A DNA stretch of 64,000 nt from Planctomycetota bacterium. GTDB lineage: Bacteria; Planctomycetota; Phycisphaerae; WQYP01. The stretch lies in assembly GCA_021819825.1 (NCBI GenBank), contig JAKAEZ010000005.1:6542-70541 (forward strand). Reading direction: 5' to 3'. Positions 23,897-34,496 of this stretch are shown piece after piece; position 1 is the stretch's first letter, and each line of letters starts with the position of its first letter. A model generated the notes under the pieces. It did no database searches. It was not told the DNA's origin and saw nothing but the letters and a program-made list of their open reading frames with translations. The translations under genes and the position numbers were made by a program.

Positions 23897-25595
23897 AACG
23901 CAGCGCCTCCACCGGATCCTGCCGCGCTGCAAGAATGGCGGGAATTAATGCGCCAAAAAGGCCGGCAAGAATGGCGAAAATCACAATCCACATGACCGCG
24001 TGCGGATCAATCTGATCGGGAATTTTGGAAAAGACGTAAATTTTCCGGTTCCAGATCGAAATGCCGAATATCCGCCATAGTATATGGTCGTGTATCCAAT
24101 TGTCATTGCGTACAAACCAAACTCCGGTAATTAAACCCAGCAAGGCCCCGGCGGAGCTGATCAACATGCCATAAAGCAGGAAAATTACCCCCACTCCTTC
24201 TTCGCTGCCGCCGATGGCTTTGATAATGCCGATATCACGCGTTTTATCCCGCACCATCATGTAAAAAATCAGAAATATGACAATGACCACTACTAAGCTC
24301 ATCAATCCCAGCAGAAAGGTGATCATATTACGCTCGTTGTCCACGGCCCGAATGTACTCTGCCTGCACCTGATCCCACGTTCGCACACGGATACCGGCAA
24401 TTTCCATCTGGGGATGCAGCAACTGCAACTGATGCACGACATGCGCGATCGCTTTGCGGGCGGCCAGAATGTTGGCCTCACGGGAATCATGTCGCACCAG
24501 TACCTGAATTTCACTGCATCGTCCCGGCCGCACTCCACCGGACAGCAGATCCTGCCGTTGCATAAATGCCATTTTCTGGGCGACATGAAACGGGATATAA
24601 ACAGTCTTGGAATCGACGGCGTAGACGCGCGTGCGGGAATCATCCACGATGACAAAACGCCGGCTTTGCGGTTGGGCCAGCGTCGCTTTCATCGTCACCG
24701 GCACCATGGTGATAATGACCGGAGAAAAGCGAACTCCCGGTGGTCGATGATAATGGCCAAAACGATCGCGCTTATACAGTCCCAGATCAACACCGATCAC
24801 GCAGCCATTTTTGGGTTCGTCGGCACCGGTCATATATCGACTGGCGGCCTGTGGCGGCGGAGTAAAGCTTGGAGCCTTGGGTACCAAGGCCTGCCGTAAC
24901 GCCGCGGCACTGCGAAAAGCTTCATTGGGCAATGCCTGCACCATACGCAGATCACGATCCGCGCGATTTTCTTTATAGACCGCCTGCTGATAATCTTCAT
25001 GGGCGATGACTTGCCAATGCTGCCGGATGGCGGCAAACCAGGCATGATTGCCGATGGGCTTAAGATTCGCATAATGCCGCTGGCGAGCCTCTTCGGTCTT
25101 AGCGGCCGCAAGCAGCCGCTTTTGTGCATACGCCAAGAGCTTGGCTCGCGTCGTGGGGAAGCCCACGCCGCGCAAATCCGCCACGGCCTGCATAGGTGCT
25201 TTATACTGCCAGAACAGGCTGCTTCCGAAGGAACTTACTTTGGATTCACTTCCCGCTTCCACGCCCATGACCTGGACACCAGTATTGACCTGAAATTCCG
25301 GCAGATTAAACAGGCCATAACCGCTGATCACGGGCGTACTGGCTTTCACCTGCGGCAACAGGGCCAAGCGTTTTTGAAGTTGCCGATAATACGGAAATCC
25401 GGCCATCGAATCGCTCTGGATCACCACATCGCCCATCAGCGAACGCCCCGCGTCCCGTACGCGGTTGACAAACCCGGTCATGATGCTATTCACGATAATC
25501 AGCATCATGACGCAAAGCCATACCGCCAGCACGGGAAACAGCACAATACCCTTGCGCGTTAGATAACGGAAACAAAGAAATATCTTATACATCAA
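23889..25595 (-). CDS. LolC/E-family (FtsX/MacB-type) ABC permease with enlarged periplasmic domain
   Basis: N-terminal TM (FRYLTRKGIVLFPVLAVWL...) and a C-terminal FtsX-like 3-TM bundle (...IGIIKAIGGSEEGVGVIFLLYG...). The ~390-aa periplasmic domain is larger than usual. Confidence 0.8.
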   Translation of the reverse strand: MMYKIFLCFRYLTRKGIVLFPVLAVWLCVMMLIIVNSIMTGFVNRVRDAGRSLMGDVVIQSDSMAGFPYYRQLQKRLALLPQVKASTPVISGYGLFNLPEFQVNTGVQVMGVEAGSESKVSSFGSSLFWQYKAPMQAVADLRGVGFPTTRAKLLAYAQKRLLAAAKTEEARQRHYANLKPIGNHAWFAAIRQHWQVIAHEDYQQAVYKENRADRDLRMVQALPNEAFRSAAALRQALVPKAPSFTPPPQAASRYMTGADEPKNGCVIGVDLGLYKRDRFGHYHRPPGVRFSPVIITMVPVTMKATLAQPQSRRFVIVDDSRTRVYAVDSKTVYIPFHVAQKMAFMQRQDLLSGGVRPGRCSEIQVLVRHDSREANILAARKAIAHVVHQLQLLHPQMEIAGIRVRTWDQVQAEYIRAVDNERNMITFLLGLMSLVVVIVIFLIFYMMVRDKTRDIGIIKAIGGSEEGVGVIFLLYGMLISSAGALLGLITGVWFVRNDNWIHDHILWRIFGISIWNRKIYVFSKIPDQIDPHAVMWIVIFAILAGLFGALIPAILAARQDPVEALRYE

Positions 25596-25650
25596 TGAAT
25601 CAGGAATGTACCGTCAGTGTGAACCGCCGGTGAAATATCCTTGTCCTTTT

Positions 25651-27186
25651 TCAGGTCTCTTGGGCCGGGACAGGGGAAGTTCCGGTCGCCCCACGGGATT
25701 TAAGCAACGGGAATAACACCACGTCGCGTATGCTGGTTCTATTGGTCAGCACCATCACCAGTCGATCTATCCCGATTCCCAGTCCTCCCGCCGGCGGCAT
25801 TCCGTGGCACAGCGCCGCGATAAAGTCATGATCCATGCGGGCCATGGAATCCTCCTCTCTTAAGCCCGCAAGCTGGGCCGAGAACGTTTCGTACTGTATA
25901 AATGGGTCATTAAGTTCGGTATACGCGTTCGCCAGTTCCATACCGGCGATATAAAGCTCAAAGCGTTCCGCCAGATGGGGCATGTCCACTTTCCGTTTGG
26001 TCAACGGACATAAGCCGGCAGGATAATCGTAAACAAACACCGGTTGATCATAGTCATGAAGTTTTGGCTCGGCCAAGCGTTCAAAGAGTGTTCCCACCAC
26101 TACGTCATGATCCATCTTGTCCACATCGGCCAGGCCATGCTCTACGGCGCGTTGTCGCACCGCGGCATGGTCCGTCATAGGTACACCCACATGCTCAAGG
26201 AATAAATCGCTATAGCTAATGCGTTGAAAGGGTGGGGTAAAATCGATGATTCTTTCACCGTACGGAAGTTTTACCCTGTCTACGGTGGTGGCAGGTCCAT
26301 TAACCGCAGCGTGACGCGCTGCCGCCAGAGACGCCAGCAGTGTTTCGGTAAGTTCCATCATGCCGGCCAGATCGCTATACGCCTGATACAGTTCCAACAT
26401 GGTAAATTCAGGGTTGTGGCTGGTATCAATGCCTTCGTTACGGAAATTCCTGTTGATTTCATAAACCCGTTCCATGCCCCCCACCAGGAGTCGTTTAAGA
26501 AACAGTTCCGGACTGATACGCAAAAATAATTCAATATCCAGGGCATTGTGGTGGGTCACAAAGGGCCGTGCCGCCGCCCCGCCGGGAATCGCCTGCATCA
26601 TGGGCGTTTCCACTTCCACGAATTGCCGGGCCGCAAGGAATTCACGGATCGAACCCATGATGCGGGAACGAGCCAGAAAAACATCCAACGAATCAGCGTT
26701 TGCGGCCAGATCAAGATAGCGCTGGCGATATCGTGCTTCAGTATCAGCCAAGCCATGAAATTTTTCCGGCGGTGGTAATAGCGCTTTGCCGGCCAAGCCA
26801 AAATCATCGGCCCATATCGTGATTTCACCAGTTTTTGTATGTCCAAGCTTGCCGGCAAACCATGCAATATCTCCCAGTTCCAGCAATTTGGCCTGATCCC
26901 ACCGCGGTGCCAGAAACTGCTTGGCCAGACCAATTTGAATTTTGCCGGTCCAATCACTGATGGTAATAAAGATCAACTTGCCGATGTCGCGAAGCAGCGT
27001 AATACGCCCGGCCACTTTAGCGGATGGCCCGCCATCATGGGGCGTGTCAGCGGTGTGCAAACTTCGCGCCGCCGCTGCGGATATCAATGCTTCTAAGCGT
27101 GTACCGAATGGGTCTGTACCACTGGCCCGCCATTTCTCCAGCCGTGCAAGACGGAACTTAAATTCTGGATTATCTGATTGAAGCAT
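25651..27186 (-). CDS. lysS: Lysine--tRNA ligase, class II
   Basis: ...RVYEINRNFRNEGIDTSHNPEFTMLELY... (motif 2) and ...GLGIGIDRLVMVLT... (motif 3). Confidence 0.95.
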   Translation of the reverse strand: MLQSDNPEFKFRLARLEKWRASGTDPFGTRLEALISAAAARSLHTADTPHDGGPSAKVAGRITLLRDIGKLIFITISDWTGKIQIGLAKQFLAPRWDQAKLLELGDIAWFAGKLGHTKTGEITIWADDFGLAGKALLPPPEKFHGLADTEARYRQRYLDLAANADSLDVFLARSRIMGSIREFLAARQFVEVETPMMQAIPGGAAARPFVTHHNALDIELFLRISPELFLKRLLVGGMERVYEINRNFRNEGIDTSHNPEFTMLELYQAYSDLAGMMELTETLLASLAAARHAAVNGPATTVDRVKLPYGERIIDFTPPFQRISYSDLFLEHVGVPMTDHAAVRQRAVEHGLADVDKMDHDVVVGTLFERLAEPKLHDYDQPVFVYDYPAGLCPLTKRKVDMPHLAERFELYIAGMELANAYTELNDPFIQYETFSAQLAGLREEDSMARMDHDFIAALCHGMPPAGGLGIGIDRLVMVLTNRTSIRDVVLFPLLKSRGATGTSPVPAQET

Positions 27187-27370
27187 GTTTCCTCATCTAC
27201 ATTCAACAAAGCGATGTATTGTAGCGGTCAACGCCATCCGTGAAAACTGCCGGCATCAATTAATATGACAAATCGTTGGCCACCCGACGACGCCACTGCC
27301 TAAGTAAAGCGGCAAGAATCTCCGGCCACCGCTATAATCGGGCAGGATGTTAACCGGAGCGTGACTTTCG

Positions 27371-28000
27371 ATGAGTTATGAGCTGATTGTATTTGATATG
27401 GATGGCACGTTGACGTTCGACGCCTTGGATTTTGACACGCTACGGAAAGAACTTGGACTGCACGTGCGACATCCGATCTTGGAGTGCATCGATAATTTGG
27501 AACCCAACCAGCGGCAACAGGCCTGGGAGACATTGCATCGTCATGAGGCGGCGGCGGCGGAAAAATGCCAATTACGCCCCGGTGCGGAACAGGTACTGGA
27601 AAAATTGCGGCAGCGCGGCCTGAAAACCGCCCTTCTTAGCCGCAACAGCCAGCGCAGCGTGGAAACGGTACTGCGGCGTTATCCAATCGCTTTCGACCAC
27701 GTAGCATCGCGGGATCAGCCCCCGATTAAACCGGCGGCCGAAAGCCTTCTAAGAATTTGCCGAGACTTGCAGGTCAGGGCTGAAAAGACATTAATGGTAG
27801 GTGATTACGTTTTTGATCTGCAGGTCGCGGAGAATGCGGGCACCCACAGCGTCCTGCTCATTGAACCGGACTCCACGCCAGCCGAGTTTGCGAAGCACGC
27901 AACTTATCTGATTCGGAAGCTGGAGGATATTGAACTTCTGGTTGCTAGCCCGGAAGAGTTTTTAAATACGCCAACCATGATCGAGGCAACAAAACGATGA
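27371..28000 (+). CDS. HAD-superfamily phosphatase
   Basis: LIVFDMDGTLT motif I, LLSRNS motif II, MVGDYVFDL motif IV. Confidence 0.8.
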   Translation: MSYELIVFDMDGTLTFDALDFDTLRKELGLHVRHPILECIDNLEPNQRQQAWETLHRHEAAAAEKCQLRPGAEQVLEKLRQRGLKTALLSRNSQRSVETVLRRYPIAFDHVASRDQPPIKPAAESLLRICRDLQVRAEKTLMVGDYVFDLQVAENAGTHSVLLIEPDSTPAEFAKHATYLIRKLEDIELLVASPEEFLNTPTMIEATKR

Positions 28001-28839
28001 AACATTTACGCCGGAATTATCAAAATGCTCCATGGCCGCCAATGCGTGAAATGCTGGCCACGGTCATCATACTGCTGGCATGGGCTTATTGTGGGATGCA
28101 GGCGGCAACCGCGCAACAATCTACCGAGATATCGGCACCAGCCGAGAATTCACAGCCAGCGGCGGAGCATGCTGAAATCCTTACGATTCTCAAGGCGCTG
28201 CAGCAGCGCGGTAAGACGCTGCATAATTTTCAGGCCCATCTGGTTGTGCAGGTGCATCATCTGCGAACTGATGAAAAAGATATGAATATCGGCCATATCT
28301 GGTATCAGCAAAATAATGGAACCACAAAATTCGATATCCGCTTTAATATGCTGGTGGTCGATGGAGCCATTGCCAAACGCCATGCGGATCATGATATTGT
28401 TTTTGACGGACATTGGCTTATTAATCGTAACGGCAGTGCTAAGATCTTTCGGAAAATTGAGATCGCTGCTCCCGGGAAAAAATTTAACCCGTTGCGCCTT
28501 GGTCAAGGGCCGATCCCGATTCCTATTGGCCAAAAGCCCGCGGATGTGGAAAAGGAATTTCACGTTCAACTGCTGAAAAACAAGAAAATGCCGCCGCATA
28601 CCGTGGGTTTAAAACTTGTCCCACGTGATAAATCCGCGTTTACCTTTGTGGAAGTGGATTTCTGGATCAATACACACGACTGGCTGCCGGTTAAAATTGT
28701 CCGCACAGATCCCGATGGAACTCCCACGACCGCCCTGTTAAGCAAGATTGTCCTGAATAAACCCATGCGGCACAATTTTCATTTATCACCGCCGGGACAG
28801 GGATGGACCGTGGTGGTGAAACATTACCACGACCACTGA
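27997..28839 (+). CDS. Exported LolA-like / outer-membrane lipoprotein-sorting-like protein
   Basis: N-terminal signal segment. The beta-rich body follows the pattern seen in LolA-fold proteins. Weak call made from overall pattern only. Confidence 0.4.
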   Translation: MKHLRRNYQNAPWPPMREMLATVIILLAWAYCGMQAATAQQSTEISAPAENSQPAAEHAEILTILKALQQRGKTLHNFQAHLVVQVHHLRTDEKDMNIGHIWYQQNNGTTKFDIRFNMLVVDGAIAKRHADHDIVFDGHWLINRNGSAKIFRKIEIAAPGKKFNPLRLGQGPIPIPIGQKPADVEKEFHVQLLKNKKMPPHTVGLKLVPRDKSAFTFVEVDFWINTHDWLPVKIVRTDPDGTPTTALLSKIVLNKPMRHNFHLSPPGQGWTVVVKHYHDH

Positions 28840-28906
28840 CATCACACAATTAGTCATGCGTGCCACCGCGCGAATATCTTCTTTATGCCGCACGGATACA
28901 CTTCCA

Positions 28907-29476
28907 TCAGCCGCCGAAGTAATCTGGGAGGATCTTCTTTTTGCTGCTTGGCGGATTCTGGGCAATTAATGCGGGGTCCGTCGTGACAATAATCACGCCA
29001 GCCATGGCACCGGGAAATCCGTGTACGCCCGGGCGATGTGCCGGCTGCACGCTGTGATGATAAATCTTGGAAAGTATGGCATGCACCGGGCAGTAATATG
29101 GATATATCCCCGGCTTGGTCAGAACTACTTTATAGCTATGCACACCCGCCTTAGGCCCGGTGGTTCCCATGAGCATTCCTGAATTAATGGCGGGATTCGG
29201 CTTGCCCGTCAGCGGGTAATAGCCGTCAACCATGTGATCTCCAGTATCTTCGTTAATAAAAATTACCGGCTCGCCGGGGGCAACCGCCACAATGGACTCC
29301 ACAAACGCATTGGCACCGTCCATGTGAATGTAGACGGGCTTCATAGACAATCCGGCAGGCGCAACCGGGGACTTGGCTATCAGAGGCCGCATAGGGTGGA
29401 ACACCAGCAGTGTTGTGGTAAGCACCGCGCCAAGAATAAAAGAAGCAATACCAATTCTAACTGTGGGACTCATCAA
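28907..29476 (-). CDS. Cupredoxin (plastocyanin-like) domain protein
   Basis: N-terminal TM/signal. ...TGDHMVDG...PGIYPYYCPVH...GAMAG... supplies a His/Cys/His/Met type-1 copper ligand pattern. Confidence 0.65.
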   Translation of the reverse strand: MMSPTVRIGIASFILGAVLTTTLLVFHPMRPLIAKSPVAPAGLSMKPVYIHMDGANAFVESIVAVAPGEPVIFINEDTGDHMVDGYYPLTGKPNPAINSGMLMGTTGPKAGVHSYKVVLTKPGIYPYYCPVHAILSKIYHHSVQPAHRPGVHGFPGAMAGVIIVTTDPALIAQNPPSSKKKILPDYFGG

Positions 29477-29524
29477 CTGACTCCATAATTACCAGAAATT
29501 ACCTATAAATACATCGCTGACACT

Positions 29525-31069
29525 TTATACGACTGCCGATGGGGATAGGATCTCAAAAGTTTCCGTTTTTATATCACGCCGCGACTGCCAAAGCCGATGG
29601 AGCGACAACCCGCCGACGTACAGATAGCCAAACATAAAAATAAGCATAAAAGGCACGCATGATGCGGCACGATTAAACCACAAGGCAATCGTGATACACG
29701 CCAGCAAGTACAGACCAATGGCCACTTCCGCAAATGGAATCCACTGCGCTTTATGGGTAAACGCCCCGGCACGCCGCTTCCATTGATCCGGAGATTCATT
29801 AATTCCGACACCATATTTCGGTGTCCGCACAAATTCGCTCTGATGCCCCGCCAGGCCCTCAATAACCGCGATGGCGTTGGCGAGACTTATCCCCATTCCA
29901 ATGGCCATTAAAAAGGGAACCAGCAGAATGCCGGCTAAATAATTCTCTTTAATTTCCCGCTGTGCCACCACATAAAATGTGCCGGCGGAAAACGTCAGAA
30001 GTGTGAAAAGCACCGACATAACCAACCATAAAATCGGATAGGTCGCCGACAGCTCACCGGCACCCGCAAAGCAAAAAGCCGGGAAAAATAAAATGGCAAC
30101 CAGTACCGCCAGGGGATAAACCACACCGGAAGTAAGATGAAAAAATGCCTCAATTTTTACCCGTAACGGCTGCGTTGAGCGTAATACCGTTGGCAGCAGT
30201 TTCACCGAGGTTTGAACACTACCTTTTGTCCAGCGATGTTGCTGTTGCTTGAATGCGGTAATTTCCGGCGGCAACTCGGCCGGTGAAGTTACGTCGCCGA
30301 GATATTTAATCCGCCAGCCGCGCAACTGAGCGCGATAAGATAAGTCCATGTCCTCGGTTAGAGTATCATGCTGCCAACCGCCGGCATCAACAATAGCGGT
30401 CTTCCGCCATACGCCGCCGGTACCGTTAAAATTGATGAATCTGCCGCTACGGCTGCGCGCGGTATGCTCAATAACAAAATGGCCGTCGAGAAAAATAGCC
30501 TGCGACCGTGTCAGCAGCGATTGGGTTCTATTGAGATGCTCCCAACGAGTTTGCACACAGCCAATTTGCGTATCGGTAAATTCGTGGATAACTGATCGCA
30601 ACATGTCCCGGCGCGGCACGAAATCCGCATCAAAAATAGCTATAAATTCGCCAGTTGCGCAGGCCATGCCGTTCTCCAAGGCCCCGGCCTTGAATCCTCT
30701 GCGATCGGTTCGGTGGATGTACTGAATGTCATAGCCTTGTTGTCGAAATTGTTCGCAGGTCTGTCGGGCGATCCCCGCGGAACAATCCGTGGAATCATCG
30801 AGTACCTGGACTTGCAGCAGTTCGCGGGGGTAATCCAGAGCACAAACCGCTGAAATTACCCGTTGCGTAACATAGCGTTCATTAAACAGAGGTAGTTGTA
30901 CGGTAACGCGTGGCAGAACAGTAAATTCCACCGGCTTACAGGGAATTTTCTTTGAATTTCGGTAATACAGGAATACCTCCCAGTACCGATGCATACCGTA
31001 AATAGTCAACACGACCAAGCATGCGAAATAAAGCGTAATGGGAACAAATTCTAACGTTTCTTGCATCAT
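29525..31069 (-). CDS. Processive family-2 glycosyltransferase (cellulose-synthase-like)
   Basis: Motifs VLDDSTD, FDADF and QQHRWTKG (QxxRW), flanked by multiple TM segments. Confidence 0.85.
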   Translation of the reverse strand: MMQETLEFVPITLYFACLVVLTIYGMHRYWEVFLYYRNSKKIPCKPVEFTVLPRVTVQLPLFNERYVTQRVISAVCALDYPRELLQVQVLDDSTDCSAGIARQTCEQFRQQGYDIQYIHRTDRRGFKAGALENGMACATGEFIAIFDADFVPRRDMLRSVIHEFTDTQIGCVQTRWEHLNRTQSLLTRSQAIFLDGHFVIEHTARSRSGRFINFNGTGGVWRKTAIVDAGGWQHDTLTEDMDLSYRAQLRGWRIKYLGDVTSPAELPPEITAFKQQQHRWTKGSVQTSVKLLPTVLRSTQPLRVKIEAFFHLTSGVVYPLAVLVAILFFPAFCFAGAGELSATYPILWLVMSVLFTLLTFSAGTFYVVAQREIKENYLAGILLVPFLMAIGMGISLANAIAVIEGLAGHQSEFVRTPKYGVGINESPDQWKRRAGAFTHKAQWIPFAEVAIGLYLLACITIALWFNRAASCVPFMLIFMFGYLYVGGLSLHRLWQSRRDIKTETFEILSPSAVV

Positions 31070-31222
31070 TCCTTATCCCAAAAGCGCCCCCGCAGATTCC
31101 GTTAACCATTGAAGCACCACGCGCCCACTGATGCCTACGCCTAGTTGAGTGTACGTCCTGTAAAAGTTGTTTGCAATACCTGATCGTCAATTTAACGCTT
31201 TCAGGAATTATTTGCCTTGTTA

Positions 31223-31693
31223 CTACGCGGAAATTCCGTTATCCATATTTTCGTAATTATTCTGTATTTTGCTTATCAGGTCATGCGCCTCCTGAGTTCT
31301 AAGTTTGCCCGGATGCCAGGGGACAAAAAAACCATCATCGCTTTTTCGCGGAATAATATGGTAATGCGCATGATGAACTGATTGCATGGCTTCAACGCCG
31401 CTATTAAGAAGAATATGACATGCGGGGGCTTGAACGGCGGCACATATTGCACGCGCCAGAGCCGGAAGTTCATGCCCTAAATCCGCAGCGAGCTTGGGGG
31501 GCATATCGAATATATTGCCAACGTGACGCTTGGGAATTACCAGGCTGTGGCCGACCACCACCGGGCCGATATCCAGAAAGCACAAAATATTTTGATTTTC
31601 TATAATTTTCTGACAGGGAATTTCGCCGGCGATAATCCTGCAGAAGATACATCCGCTGCTGTGCGGGGAGGGCTCTGACATGCAACGCTCCAA
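31223..31693 (-). CDS. HIT-family (histidine triad) nucleotide hydrolase
   Basis: CIFCRIIAGEIP... and the HAHYHIIPR histidine triad. Confidence 0.9.
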   Translation of the reverse strand: MERCMSEPSPHSSGCIFCRIIAGEIPCQKIIENQNILCFLDIGPVVVGHSLVIPKRHVGNIFDMPPKLAADLGHELPALARAICAAVQAPACHILLNSGVEAMQSVHHAHYHIIPRKSDDGFFVPWHPGKLRTQEAHDLISKIQNNYENMDNGISA

Positions 31694-31715
31694 GAGTCAT
31701 TTCAGCGAGACATAC

Positions 31716-32201
31716 TTAACTGCTTTTCAGTTTGCTTAAAACCCCGGGGATATCGGGAAAAAGCCGCCGTTCCAATTCACCGATTTTTTCAACGCGCCGC
31801 GCATGGCGGCCATCTTCAAAGGGCGCTTTTATCCAAGCCGTTACGATACGGCGGATTAATTCACCGCCGAGTAAATCTACCGCCAGGCACAACACGTTGG
31901 CATCGTTGTATCGGCGCGAAATTTCAGCGGTCAATTCATCGTGACAGATGGCAGCGCGAATGCCGGGAATTTTATTGGCCACAATCGACATTCCAATCCC
32001 GCTGCCATCAAGCAGAATGCCTACCTGAGCTTTGCCTTCCACAATGGCCAGCGAGGCAGGGACGGCAAAATCCGGATAGTCACACGCCTTGGCGTCGAAG
32101 GCACCAAAGTCCTCCACGCCATGGCCTTCCATCCGCAACTGCTCGATGAGCTGTTGTTTAATGTTAAATCCACGATGATCGCAGGCCAAGGCGATATTCA
32201 T
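31716..32201 (-). CDS. rpiB: Ribose-5-phosphate isomerase B
   Basis: MNIALACDHRGFNIKQQL...GILLDGSGIGMSIVANK..GIRAA is typical RpiB/LacAB. Confidence 0.9.
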   Translation of the reverse strand: MNIALACDHRGFNIKQQLIEQLRMEGHGVEDFGAFDAKACDYPDFAVPASLAIVEGKAQVGILLDGSGIGMSIVANKIPGIRAAICHDELTAEISRRYNDANVLCLAVDLLGGELIRRIVTAWIKAPFEDGRHARRVEKIGELERRLFPDIPGVLSKLKSS

Positions 32202-33328
32202 AATTCCATCTCCACAACGCGGTTACGAATCAGTTTTTCCAGCCGTTGTGCTGTTTTTCTATAAGCTTGCTCGCCCTTGCCAATCGGGTCATCAATATCG
32301 CCGTCGGGGTCCAAGGTGAACGTTTTTTCAGCCGCGGTCGGCATTCGAGATATTATTTCTTCACGATGCGCCTGCGTCATGGTAAATATCATATCGGCGC
32401 GCCGCAATAAATCATCCGTCAGCGGTGCCGATCGGTGCTTTTGAATATCAACCCCCATTGCCCCGAGCACTTTTACCGCCTCTACGGCTGCCGGCATGCC
32501 GCCGGCGGCGTGAACGCCGGCCGATCGAACCACGATATGCCGACTTGGCAGTTCAGCCGACGGAATATTAAGTTTCTCAGCAAGGATTTGCAATGCCAGC
32601 CCTGCGGCCATCGGTGACCGACAGGTATTGCCACTACAGACAAAAACGATCACCGTATCTTCCAGGCGACGAATCACGCGCTGGGCGATGGCACCTTCCC
32701 GCAGAACGTCCAGACGATGTCCTGTAACCCGTATGAGCGTGGAAATATTCTTATAACGCGGAGCCGGCCCGGCAACGGCAACCGATAATTGCCGCCGTAT
32801 CGCCGGCGGCAAATTCTCAGCATTCCCAATTGACTGATTGCCCGCTGTCCCGACGATTGTCACCAGTTCGCCAGTGAGGTCGATAATCTGACGGGTTTTA
32901 TCAACTTCCGTGCAGCGAAAGGTCACGTACCCATCCACCATCGTTTCAGCCGCGGTCTGCCGCCCGGTCAACTGTGCCAGTCGCTCCATGTCGTCCGGCT
33001 CCAAGGGTAGTTGAATGGACAGCGGCCCAGGCCACAATCGGCGGGCCAGCCGGCGAGCCAACGGTGCAACATGGGAAACAATCTTGCCGATACCGTCTGC
33101 TGAACTGACATGAATTACCCAAGCCGGCTGGTTCTGAATCGCCAAGGTTTCTTTTAAAGCCTTAAGGCCGACGGGTTGGGCCAAGCTGCAGGCAATGCCG
33201 TAAACCGTCTCGGTGGGAAGTCCCACCAATTTGCCGCCACGCAGAGCTTCCGCCGCACGGCTTAGCGTTTCATCCGGGGCAGACATGCTCGATCTGACAG
33301 GCATAACTTTCATTGGTGGTAATTCCAT
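32198..33328 (-). CDS. Fusion of L-threonylcarbamoyladenylate synthase (Sua5/YwlC) with a low-molecular-weight phosphatase
   Basis: The N-terminal half carries GKLVGLPTETVYGIA (YrdC/Sua5). The C-terminal half carries VCSGNTCRSPMAAG (the CX5R LMW-PTP P-loop). Start moved to ATG 33328 to avoid an 83-nt overlap with the sulfotransferase. Confidence 0.8.
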   Translation of the reverse strand: MELPPMKVMPVRSSMSAPDETLSRAAEALRGGKLVGLPTETVYGIACSLAQPVGLKALKETLAIQNQPAWVIHVSSADGIGKIVSHVAPLARRLARRLWPGPLSIQLPLEPDDMERLAQLTGRQTAAETMVDGYVTFRCTEVDKTRQIIDLTGELVTIVGTAGNQSIGNAENLPPAIRRQLSVAVAGPAPRYKNISTLIRVTGHRLDVLREGAIAQRVIRRLEDTVIVFVCSGNTCRSPMAAGLALQILAEKLNIPSAELPSRHIVVRSAGVHAAGGMPAAVEAVKVLGAMGVDIQKHRSAPLTDDLLRRADMIFTMTQAHREEIISRMPTAAEKTFTLDPDGDIDDPIGKGEQAYRKTAQRLEKLIRNRVVEMEL

Positions 33329-33338
33329 GTCCGGCGTC

Positions 33339-34166
33339 TTATCGCTTGTCAGGATAAAACGCGTTATAAAACAGGGCGTAATTGGTGCGAACCATATTAC
33401 AAAGATCTTTTCCCAGCACATCGATAAAATCAGGTGTCACCGGCTCAACCTTGCGGCGAATGCGATGATCGCCGTATATCGTGTGATACTGATCATTTTC
33501 CTGCGTCATCTGTGCCACATTATTAAAATCATGCTCAAAATATGGTTCTTCCAAGTAATCATAGACACGTTTCATGACATCGGCGGGATTGGTGGTCAAA
33601 TCTTCAAAACGCACCACATGTAGTTGCCGGACCAGATTGGTCTGAATGGCTTCAATCAGGCGGCCAATGGCAATGCCGACCGGCGGCCCGTTAAGCCAGC
33701 GCATCACGCGATTATTGACGGTGATCATGGTCAGGGTTCCGGTAACTTCATCGGCATCCGCGCGATCCCGATTCTTGCGGAACAACTTTTCCATTGATGA
33801 GAGAATGGCGCGTAAGTCGCGCACGCAGACAATATACTTTGGATTCGGCACATACTGTTTGACCCAGTCATGGTAATGAAACCAACTGCGGCATTTGTCC
33901 ACACATACCGGTTTATCGGTTACGCCTTCATAAAATCCATTGATGGCATAGCGGCAATAATTTAAAAAGCCTTTTTGCATGAGGTCCGGATCCTGGGCCT
34001 TAAATTCAGCTAGTTCGGTGTAATATTTTCGCGACGCAAGCATCAGATCAATAACCCCGCTGGTGGGTGTGCAATAAAAGCGCGGATTTTGCGCCAGAAT
34101 ATTCTGCATTAGCGTGGAGCCAGAACGCGGCAATGAGGCGTTAAACACCAGTTTTTTGTCGAACAT
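33339..34166 (-). CDS. Sulfotransferase
   Basis: LPRSGSTLMQNIL is the PAPS 5'-phosphosulfate-binding loop. 275 aa. Confidence 0.8.
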   Translation of the reverse strand: MFDKKLVFNASLPRSGSTLMQNILAQNPRFYCTPTSGVIDLMLASRKYYTELAEFKAQDPDLMQKGFLNYCRYAINGFYEGVTDKPVCVDKCRSWFHYHDWVKQYVPNPKYIVCVRDLRAILSSMEKLFRKNRDRADADEVTGTLTMITVNNRVMRWLNGPPVGIAIGRLIEAIQTNLVRQLHVVRFEDLTTNPADVMKRVYDYLEEPYFEHDFNNVAQMTQENDQYHTIYGDHRIRRKVEPVTPDFIDVLGKDLCNMVRTNYALFYNAFYPDKR

Positions 34167-34496
34167 GAACCCATCCTTTCAAAAGATAAACGGTGATCCG
34201 AAAACCAGTTGGGAAGTATACACGAACTAGAGTCAAGGCAAAACTGCGCTGCCGAATAGCGAATTAATACTTTGGCAAGCCGCCCGAAAATATCGCACCG
34301 AAAAATAGAAATTCCTTGACCCCGGCGAAATCCGGCGGTAGTTTATACATCAGCTGCCAAGAGGCGATTTCGTTTTCGCGGTGTGAATAAAGCGTAGTCA
34401 GGGCAAAAATATTAGCGGTTCAACAGGTTACGCAAAAATTCCGTCGCATTTTGCGAATTCATAAATTGTGTGTTTTTGTTACAGGAGTTTTCTTCC

